Below are positions 54,702-64,000 of a DNA stretch of 64,000 nt, piece after piece (the stretch's first letter is position 1; each line of letters starts with the position of its first letter). Below the pieces are notes generated by a model. It had not been told where the DNA came from. It worked only from the letters and a program-made list of their open reading frames with translations, and did not search any database. This stretch comes from Octopus bimaculoides (Eukaryota): contig NC_068983.1 in NCBI RefSeq assembly GCF_001194135.2, positions 29,014,865-29,078,864 of the forward strand, in the 5' to 3' direction. Made by a program: the position numbers and the translations under genes.

Positions 54702-54865
54702 CCGTTCTCCACGACCAGTGTGCTGCGACACACTGGTGTGCCACAGTGTAACCTGAAAATTATTTTTTTCCCTACGGTTTTAGTTACAATTTTACTTCAG
54801 GTGTGCCACTGAATTTTGAAAAGAATATAAGTGTACCGCAAGTAAAAAAAGGTTGCGGAGCACTG
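54702..54865. mobile_element. hAT-like MITE
   Basis: 8-bp TSD aattagac/agttagac; degenerate TIRs; internal tgtgctgcgacacactggtgtgcc. Confidence 0.6.
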
Positions 54866-55080
54866 AGTTAGACCACCCTCAACTCCTACCCCAGCACACT
54901 CTAAATTTTTTGGGCTGTACTTCTATCCATCACTCCCTCTCCCTCTCTCTCTCTCTCTCTTTCTCTCTCCTAGTACTTATTCAATCAGCCTCTTTTGCTG
55001 AGCCACTAAGTTAAAGAGAATGTAAACAGACCAACACCAATTGTCAAACAGTGATGGTGGGGACAAACACAGATACAAAG

Positions 55081-55155
<75 letters not shown>

Positions 55156-56860
55156 GTAAATGATGGACTTCTTTGAGTTTCTGTCTACCAAATCCACTCA
55201 CAAGGCTTTGGTCGGCCCAAGGCTATAACAGAAGACACTTGCATTGGGACTGAATCAGGAACCATGAGATTGGGAAACAAGCTTTTACCATGCAGCCATG
55301 CCTGCACCTATATACAAAATATTTAAATTGTTTTATGCAATTCTTTATAATATTTAATAATAAAGATACATTCAGGGTTTTTTTTTATATATACAGCGAA
55401 TGGGTATGGAGGCCCAGTAGAGTTAAATAAAAACCAAAGGGTCTATAGATAAAAAATAGTAGAGAAGCGCTGTTCTATATTTACTGCCTACAAAGCACCC
55501 CTGCATTGTGCTGTAGCCATAATAAAACCTGCCTATTCGCTTTATAGTGATTGATGAGCAAAACAATTTCTACAATGCAGGGACACACACAAAAAAACAT
55601 GCATTCAGTACACAATGTAAAGTGGTTTGCAATCAATGGAAATGGCATAGAGATGGGAAGTCCCTATAGCGCTGTCTCGCTGTGGATTATTCATCCTCTC
55701 CTGCATTGATGCCATGATAAAATGCACCCAGTTCACCCAGTTAAGCGGTCGGTGATGAGAATAAAATCCAATCAACGAATCCAAGCGAAACATGTATGAG
55801 GACCAGCCTATACAAGTAGTGGCTAATAAGGAATGATTCAGACCATAACAGTATGTATAATCCATGCAAGCATAGAAATGATGATGATGATGATGATGTA
55901 CATATATATACATTCTGTCATAATAATGTGGGATCAAGTACCACGAACAGCCTTCAACTTTTTCTATTCAAAGGGTTTTTCGACCCAACATTATTTATAG
56001 TTTTTGCCATTTTAAGTTCAACCATTAAAAACTCAGAGTGTGTGTGTGTGTGGGGGGGGGGNNNNNNNNNNNNNNNNNNNNNNNNNNNNNNNNNNNNNNN
56101 NNNNNNNNNNNNNNNNNNNNNNNNNNNNNNNNNNNNNNNNNNNNNNNNNNNNNNNNNNNNNNNNNNNNNNNNNNNNNNNNNNNNNNNNNNNNNNNNNNNN
56201 NNNNNNNNNNNNNNNNNNNNNNNNNNNNNNNNNNNNNNNNNNNNNNNNNNNNNNNNNNNNNNNNNNNNNNNNNNNNNNNNNNNNNNNNNNNNNNNNNNNN
56301 NNNNNNNNNNNNNNNNNNNNNNNNNNNNNNNNNNNNNNNNNNNNNNNNNNNNNNNNNNNNNNNNNNNNNNNNNNNNNNNNNNNNNNNNNNNNNNNNNNNN
56401 NNNNNNNNNNNNNNNNNNNNNNNNNNNNNNNNNNNNNNNNNNNNNNNNNNNNNNNNNNNNNNNNNNNNNNNNNNNNNNNNNNNNNNNNNNNNNNNNNNNN
56501 NNNNNNNNNNNNNNNNNNNNNNNNNNNNNNNNNNNNNNNNNNNNNNNNNNNNNNNNNNNNNNNNNNNNNNNNNNNNNNNNNNNNNNNNNNNNNNNNNNNN
56601 NNNNNNNNNNNNNNNNNNNNNNNNNNNNNNNNNNNNNNNNNNNNNNNNNNNNNNNNNNNNNNNNNNNNNNNNNNNNNNNNNNNNNNNNNNNNNNNNNNNN
56701 NNNNNNNNNNNNNNNNNNNNNNNNNNNNNNNNNNNNNNNNNNNNNNNNNNNNNNNNNNNNNNNNNNNNNNNNNNNNNNNNNNNNNNNNNNNNNNNNNNNN
56801 NNNNNNNNNNNNNNNNNNNNNNNNNNNNNNNNNNNNNNNNNNNNNNNNNNNNNNNNNNNN

Positions 56861-57122
56861 AGTTGTTTACGGAAGACCAGCAGTCACCCGTGCATACCAG
56901 TCTCCCCTCTTCACACCACCAATGTTATCCAAGGGAAAGGCAAAGGCCGATAGAGCTTGGCACCAGTGACGTCGCAACTCATTTCTACAGCTGAGTGAAC
57001 TGGAGCAACGTGAAATAAAGTGTCTTGCTCAAGATCACAACACACAACCCAGTCCAGGAATCAAACTCACTACCTCGTGATTGTCAGACCGACACTGTGA
57101 TCACCGAGCCATGTACCTTCAC
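56861..57122 (-). mobile_element. tRNA-like SINE of a further family (gagcaagacactttatttcacgttgctccag domain); related copies about 15965-16265 (+) and 33790-33975 (-)
   Basis: A/B-box-like head on the minus strand and a shared central domain. Confidence 0.7.
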
Positions 57123-57896
57123 ACACACACACACATATATATAGGCTATATATATATATATATACAAATATACATAAATGTGTGTGTGTGTGTGTGTGTG
57201 TTATACTCTATATATACTATTAATAAAGAAGTATATAGTTAAAGGCAGGTGAATTCAATAACATGAAAATATATCAAACTTATTTGTTCACGTTACAAGC
57301 TCTCACACACGGCTCGTGTTTACTACAGCAGCTGATTTCCTTGCCTGCTTCAATAACATGTAAAGCACGAATGACAGCACACACACACACACACACACCT
57401 CATCTCTCTCTCTCTCTCTCTCTCTAATAGGGAAAGAACGATGAACATCGTGATTATATGCATGCAGGCATGCATACAGACAAGCACGCACACATACATA
57501 TATGCATGCATACATTCATGCAACTGATATACATATATATAAATATATAATCACGTCTGTATATATATGTATGTATATATTCATGTATGTGTTTGTATAT
57601 ATACACACACACACACAGACACACACACACGCTCACACATTCATGTATATATGTAAACAATCACATACTGTTATATACATATATGAAAGAAATTCTTGTA
57701 TACAGTGCTCAGATGCATGTTATAGAAAATGTACGAAGAAAATAAAAGTGTGTTATAAGACGTATACACGTTTCGTATATATCTTCATAAATAGATGGGT
57801 ACTTCAAATTATACATTTATGCATACATTTAAATATCTTTATAGAATATATAAGAGTAGAACGGAACGGTAAACCATATATTTCTTTCTTTCTTAC

Positions 57897-58004
57897 CGAT
57901 AGATCGTGTCATTCATTCAAAACCCAAAACACCCCCAATTACAGGTCCGATTGGCACCTAGCAAAACAATCACCTATAACAGACAATTGCTGAAGTTTTC
58001 TCTC
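57897..58004 (-). CDS. Gene C candidate exon: 5' UTR plus start MNDTIY/R (ATG at 57916)
   Basis: gttaactcttcttttag acceptor and ATCG|GTAAGA donor; all three frames are closed from the acceptor, consistent with a UTR plus ATG; phase 2 out. Confidence 0.5.
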
Positions 58005-58448
58005 CTAAAAGAAGAGTTAACTGCGATTTTCGAAGCATATATTTTAAGCATGTGAAGGAAATTACCGTTGTGGTTTTTGGGGGGTTTTTTTTTAGTTTCC
58101 TTTCAATGTTTATTTTTTTTTCTTTATTATATCACTACGATCTTTTCTCTATTTTTTTCCACCCCGTCTGGATGTATAGTATGGATTGTTTTTTTTTGTT
58201 TTTTTTTCTCACATCGTTAAGAAATCAATGAGCTGTTGAAGCTGGTCGAGTAATTTTAATTATTTTTGATAATAATAATGATAATAATAATAATAATGTT
58301 GACATGCATGAGAACGAATGTCATTATCAGCTTCAAATAAACTAAAGATACCGGTCAATAACCTCAGATAAGAACAATTGCAATAAAAACAAAAATTGTA
58401 GTAATACTAACGAACCGTGAGTATCTCAACATCAAAGTCAAATTAAAG

Positions 58449-58490
58449 ATGGTTTATAAAAACAAGGACAATTTTAATTACCTGGAAAAT
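58449..58490 (+). CDS. Candidate first coding exon of a plus-strand gene D (MVYKNKDNFNYLEN)
   Basis: aaagATGG start and AAT|GTAAGT consensus donor; no homology recognised. Confidence 0.25.
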
Positions 58491-60660
58491 GTAAGTGTTG
58501 GACTGCTATATCACTCGCTGATATCGCGTGTTGCTTCGCTCTTTCCTTATATTTTTTGTTTAATTTTTATATTCCGTCTCTCTATTGGTTTTCTGAATGA
58601 TTGTTTTGTTATTATTTATTTATTTCTGCGTTAATATACATAACTTCGGAAAGGTGTGTGCAAAAAACAATGCGTGTCTGTATACGTGTATTCGTAATTA
58701 CAGTGGGTACATGTGTACGTGTGTTTACTTGAATATAATGCTATGTGTGATGGTTCTTATCTAGATGCAGAGAGACATGAAACACCAAGCAAACACTTTC
58801 CGTAGACATAAATAGATACATGTGTATACAGTTCACATTCACCCGTTAATTAGTCTTTCTGTAAATGCCCGTTGCCGTGGATATCGACCTGGTGTAGCCA
58901 GCAATTAGTGGGGCAACTCCCTCCACATCAGAGCTGGGTACCATGCAAAGTGCAGAAGATGTGTCGCTCTCCAACAAATATAAACAGGCTCCGTTATTTA
59001 CAGCAGAAAGAGAATGTACGATTGTAATAATACTGCTGCTTCTGCTGTTGTTGTATGCAAGCCGTAATTAAAGTAGAGGGAGAAGTTGTTCACGTGGAGG
59101 TCCGTACTCGCTGCACACCAAAATTGAATGGAGCTAGTTTGATCAGCTGGTCGACTGTTTTTGGTATTTTTGAGGTACGACCATGTTGAAAGGATGACCG
59201 TGACAATGTTATTTATTAAGAACATTGGATAAAGCCTTAAAACATTCTACCATGACGTTTGTAAAGGTGGTTGCTATGATCAGAAGGAAGGCGCTTAAGC
59301 AATGACAACAGAGGTAACACTATCTGCACGATAAATAAATAGTAGTTGTTATAAACTAACTGGTTTAGGGGACGTGGACTTTCTCAAATCTTGTCATCAT
59401 CTATAATAATAATAATAATAATAATAATGCATAGAGCAGTAGCAGTAGTTGACAATGAAAGTTTTGTGGTTATTAAAGATTACTACAATCCATATTGTTG
59501 TCAACGTGATCACTTGGGTACAGTTTCTTCTTCAGTTGGTAACATTCAACCGCAGGGAGTTTTGTTTTTGTCTCCTTTAAAACAAAACAAAGGTAACATG
59601 ATTGAATGGAAAAAAGAAAAGGAATAAAGAAAGAATGGAAGGTTAGATAAAAAGAAAAAAATTGTGAATTCGTCAGTTTGTGAATGACCGGCTTTCAATA
59701 ATATATGTACACTGTCGCATGTGATGACACGGCCGTTGTCTTCCGTAACTCTTTCAAGAAAACCTGTCACATTGCCATTACTTGAAATAACTAATTTCAA
59801 CGAATGTCCTCCCGAAATCTATTGATAAACTCTGAAATTAAGACCCAAATGGTTGATCCTGGTCACCAGTTTCGATTCCTAAATTTGTTTATTGTACCTT
59901 TTGTTTATCTGTTTTGGTCTTGAAATTTATTTTACTCCAGTCACCAAAAGACAAATAAATAAATGAAAGAATAAATAAACATGATAAACCCACGCTCAAC
60001 ACACACACACTACACACATGTACAATAAACCCATGCTCAACACAAACAGACACACATATATACAACACACATATGCATAATATTAAAATTGTAATGATGT
60101 TAGGATTCTTGGATGTAGNNNNNNNNNNNNNNNNNNNNNNNNNNNNNNNNNNNNNNNNNNNNNNNNNNNNNNNNNNNNNNNNNNNNNNNNNNNNNNNNNN
60201 NNNNNNNNNNNNNNNNNNNNNNNNNNNNNNNNNNNNNNNNNNNNNNNNNNNNNNNNNNNNNNNNNNNNNNNNNNNNNNNNNNNNNNNNNNNNNNNNNNNN
60301 NNNNNNNNNNNNNNNNNNNNNNNNNNNNNNNNNNNNNNNNNNNNNNNNNNNNNNNNNNNNNNNNNNNNNNNNNNNNNNNNNNNNNNNNNNNNNNNNNNNN
60401 NNNNNNNNNNNNNNNNNNNNNNNNNNNNNNNNNNNNNNNNNNNNNNNNNNNNNNNNNNNNNNNNNNNNNNNNNNNNNNNNNNNNNNNNNNNNNNNNNNNN
60501 NNNNNNNNNNNNNNNNNNNNNNNNNNNNNNNNNNNNNNNNNNNNNNNNNNNNNNNNNNNNNNNNNNNNNNNNNNNNNNNNNNNNNNNNNNNNNNNNNNNN
60601 NNNNNNNNNNNNNNNNNNNNNNNNNNNNNNNNNNNNNNNNNNNNNNNNNNNNNNNNNNNN

Positions 60661-60692
<32 letters not shown>

Positions 60693-60772
60693 TGTACAGA
60701 AAACGAAGACAAAGACAGGAAAGGGAATAACATGAAGGTGTATTAGGTTGGCGCTCAGGAAAAACAGAAAAG

Positions 60773-60810
60773 TCTTTGACATTTCGAGCCTACACTCTCT
60801 GACAGAAAGG
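60773..60810 (-). ncRNA. Decayed hammerhead-like motif, copy 4 (repeat about 60688-60860)
   Basis: ccttt CTGTCAG a GAG tgtagg CTC GAAA tg tc aaag. Confidence 0.3.
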
Positions 60811-61136
60811 AACAAGAGAAAAAAATGGAAGGAAAAAAAAATGTGTTGGGATTATTAGTTTCACACACACACACACAAATAGTTGAAATTTATAGAAAAA
60901 AAAAGACAAAGACAGATGTATGAACAACAAGCAAGTGTATTAGTTTGACGCATGGGAAAATGGAAAAGTCTTATATATATATACATATATATTATACTGT
61001 GCACATGTATGTTGTAATAATCTCTGCTTGGGGCCTAGCCTTCAGGGTATCTTTGTGGGCTCTGTCATTCACATGCAAAAATATACTTTCTTTTTTTTTG
61101 CTGGTTTATTTTTGTTTGTTTTCTTTTTTTTTTTAC

Positions 61137-61520
61137 TTAGTGGGTCTGGAAGATGGGACAGTGTCCATTGCCCACGGCAGACTTTCCAGGATCGGTGAGG
61201 TCAATGCCATCAATGTTCCTACAGGAAAGACATGTAGTGAGGACATACCAGAAGGCCAACATTCTGGGAAGGAAGACTGGATGTAGGAATATGATGGTTA
61301 ACATGTTAATTGGGGCAGGGATTAAATACAACATGGCTGTTAAGAGGAGCAGAGATGAGTGAGTTAGAAAGTGCCTGAGTGTAGGAAACACAAAGCAAGC
61401 CACCAGCAGGGAATAGAGGTCATTAAGGTTGTGGTAGAAAAGACAGCAGGAGGAGATTGCATAACTGTGCATTACAGGCGAATGTGTGCTTAGGAGGGAT
61501 TCTATGCTAATCAGTCAAGT
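61137..61520 (-). mobile_element. Decayed CR1/Jockey-like LINE C-terminal fragment
   Basis: CCLFYHNLNDL..PVFLPRMLAFW resembles the LFYRY..SFIPRTSSLWN region; partial inverted copy at 63043-63204. Confidence 0.45.
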
Positions 61521-61594
61521 GGCCCTTTTTTTATTTTTTTGATGCAGCTTAGAATGCTTGTATTAGTTTTAATGGTGGAGGGTCATTTGTATTC

Positions 61595-62722
61595 TTTTAT
61601 TCTTTTACTTGTTTCAGTCACTTGACTGCAGCCATGCTGGAGCACCACCTTTAGTTGAACATATCAACTCCAGGACCTATTCTTTGTAAGCCTAGTACTC
61701 ATTCTATCTGTCTCTTTTGCCAAACTGCTAAATTACGGGGATATAAATACACCAACATCGGTTGTCAAGCGATGGTGGAGGACACACACAGACACACAAN
61801 NNNNNNNNNNNNNNNNNNNNNNNNNNNNNNNNNNNNNNNNNNNNNNNNNNNNNNNNNNNNNNNNNNNNNNNNNNNNNNNNNNNNNNNNNNNNNNNNNNNN
61901 NNNNNNNNNNNNNNNNNNNNNNNNNNNNNNNNNNNNNNNNNNNNNNNNNNNNNNNNNNNNNNNNNNNNNNNNNNNNNNNNNNNNNNNNNNNNNNNNNNNN
62001 NNNNNNNNNNNNNNNNNNNNNNNNNNNNNNNNNNNNNNNNNNNNNNNNNNNNNNNNNNNNNNNNNNNNNNNNNNNNNNNNNNNNNNNNNNNNNNNNNNNN
62101 NNNNNNNNNNNNNNNNNNNNNNNNNNNNNNNNNNNNNNNNNNNNNNNNNNNNNNNNNNNNNNNNNNNNNNNNNNNNNNNNNNNNNNNNNNNNNNNNNNNN
62201 NNNNNNNNNNNNNNNNNNNNNNNNNNNNNNNNNNNNNNNNNNNNNNNNNNNNNNNNNNNNNNNNNNNNNNNNNNNNNNNNNNNNNNNNNNNNNNNNNNNN
62301 NNNNNNNNNNNNNNNNNNNNNNNNNNNNNNNNNNNNNNNNNNNNNNNNNNNNNNNNNNNNNNNNNNNNNNNNNNNNNNNNNNNNNNNNNNNNNNNNNNNN
62401 NNNNNNNNNNNNNNNNNNNNNNNNNNNNNNNNNNNNNNNNNNNNNNNNNNNNNNNNNNNNNNNNNNNNNNNNNNNNNNNNNNNNNNNNNNNNNNNNNNNN
62501 NNNNNNNNNNNNNNNNNNNNNNNNNNNNNNNNNNNNNNNNNNNNNNNNNNNNNNNNNNNNNNNNNNACACACACACACTGCACTTCTTTCAGTTTCCATG
62601 TTTCAAATCCACTCGCAAGGCTTTGGTCAACCTGCAGCTATAGTAGAAGACATTTGCCCAAAATTCCACGCAGTGGGACTAAACCCAGAACCATGTGGTT
62701 GGGAAGCAAGCTACTTACCACA
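61595..62722 (-). mobile_element. Family A SINE spanning a gap
   Basis: Right arm before and head after the N-run. Confidence 0.75.
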
Positions 62723-63632
62723 CATGTTGAATATTATTAGGAATTGTATTAAAAAAAAATTGTTAAAATATTTTGTATATTGTAGAAGTATAACTAATTT
62801 TTGCCCACAAATTTCAACAGAATCTTATATGGATCTCCAATAGTTTGAGGGCAGTTGAGAACCACTACTGTAGAAGATATAAATGGCTACTCCAGCTGGG
62901 AAAAGAGAAAAGTGACAATGATGATGTGATATGGTATACTTCTCAAGATACAAGAAGATGAATATAAGAGAGAATACTGACAGAGGATCACAAAGAGTAT
63001 GGGGTGAAATTATTTTACTGCATATTGGATGTGGATTTTCTAACTGATTAGCATAGAATCTCTCCTAAACACACATTAGCCTGTAATACACAGTTATGCA
63101 ATCTCCTCCCACTGTCTTTTCTACCACAACCTTAATGACCTCTATTCCCTGCTGGTGGCTCGCCTTGTGTTTCCTACACACAGATACCTTCTAACTCACT
63201 CATCATCAGTATGAAGGTCATAATTTTCATTTCATAGTAGACTTACTGTTAACCATTACTCATTCCTCTGATTGAGCTCCTGAACTGTTGGTCAAATTAC
63301 TAGAAAGAACAACCAGGCCTTCCTCAAAACACAACCTACTATGTTAAAAGAAAGAGGATACTTTGGATTATATAGTTTGTGAGTATATACTATTACAGAA
63401 AATTGATGTAGATTGTCAAGGGTAGAATACCTTTTATCATAATCTTTTTTCCAAAATGCATCAGTTCAAATTTTCCCTCATTTAGTTACATTTTGTTTTT
63501 GTCTGCCCATTGACTCACAGCATGTATGATAGTTCAGTCTTCATCTCCATTGATAATTTTCTGGAGCTTGGAGTCCAGATATTTTCACTTTGCTGTGTTT
63601 AATGATGCTTGAAATGTCATTTATATAGACTA

Positions 63633-63723
63633 CTAGCAGAAATACCCGGCGTTGTCCGGGTTAAAGAGAATAATGAAATCTAAAAACGCCGTCTAGACTA
63701 CGCATCATCTTTATATATAGAGA
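63633..63723 (-). mobile_element. 91-bp non-autonomous Helitron
   Basis: Minus strand A|TCTCTATATATAAAG ... CCCGGacaacgCCGGG hairpin ... CTAG|T. Confidence 0.75.
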
Positions 63724-63920
63724 TGTATAAACACACACGCACCCAAACACACGTATATATATATGTATATCAATATAAATATATGAAAGTCAATGAAGTT
63801 TTGTAAAAGAAGGTGATCATGTACATACTTTCTTGTTGTTGTGATTATAACACCTCGTTGTAAACAATGTTCCTTGTTTTCCCTTGTGGAGCATATACAA
63901 ATAGGCTTTTTTTTTTGCAG

Positions 63921-64000
63921 CCCACTCTTGAGCAGCCAACATACAGTTGTCCATGTGAGAAGCAGGGCTGTTCCAAGAGAAGACCAGCTACAGACAGTGT
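63921..64000 (+). CDS. Candidate exon running off the window (two frames open)
   Basis: ttttttttttgcag acceptor then GC-richer sequence, open as PTLEQPTYSCPCEKQGCSKRR or PLLSSQHTVVHVRSRAVPRE. Confidence 0.3.

Larger units (their letters stand above)
57300..59900. promoter_or_regulatory. Extended CpG-rich, SINE-poor island; likely unmethylated promoter region
   Basis: Dense CpG in unique sequence, flanked on both sides by CpG-depleted repeat-rich DNA. Confidence 0.55.

Noticed and set aside
58866-58896. Resemblance of MPVAVDIDLV to the exon peptide VPAAVDICPGV
   Set aside because: Too short, needs a frameshift, and is compatible with chance.
45151-62740. ORFs of 200-360 aa full of X
   Set aside because: Artefacts of N-gap runs, not coding evidence.

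Overview
AT-rich, repeat-saturated animal genomic DNA with about 11 assembly gaps, most of them in microsatellites. The SINE families and microsatellite style resemble Octopus/cephalopod DNA (inference). Transposon content: four tRNA-like or RTE-tailed SINE families; decayed mariner, RTE, CR1 and Penelope-like elements; piggyBac-, hAT- and mariner-type MITEs; a 91-bp mini-Helitron; and several minisatellites that arose from SINE-internal sequence. Host genes were reconstructed by hand from splice signals and phase compatibility. A 5-exon plus-strand model (5518-21869, about 93 aa, unrecognised) lies head-to-head with a candidate minus-strand first exon (5320-5334) in a small CpG-retaining island. 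A second CpG-rich island (about 57.3-59.9 kb) holds candidate starts for a minus-strand gene (MNDTIYR-NHLSADGVRLRRTL...) and possibly a plus-strand gene. The most notable items are four copies of a minimal hammerhead-ribozyme-like motif in a small Penelope-pLTR-like repeat, a TGA-CTAG readthrough context followed by 107 open in-frame codons behind exon 4 of the plus-strand gene, and the compact bidirectional promoter. No rRNA, true tRNA gene or CRISPR array was seen.
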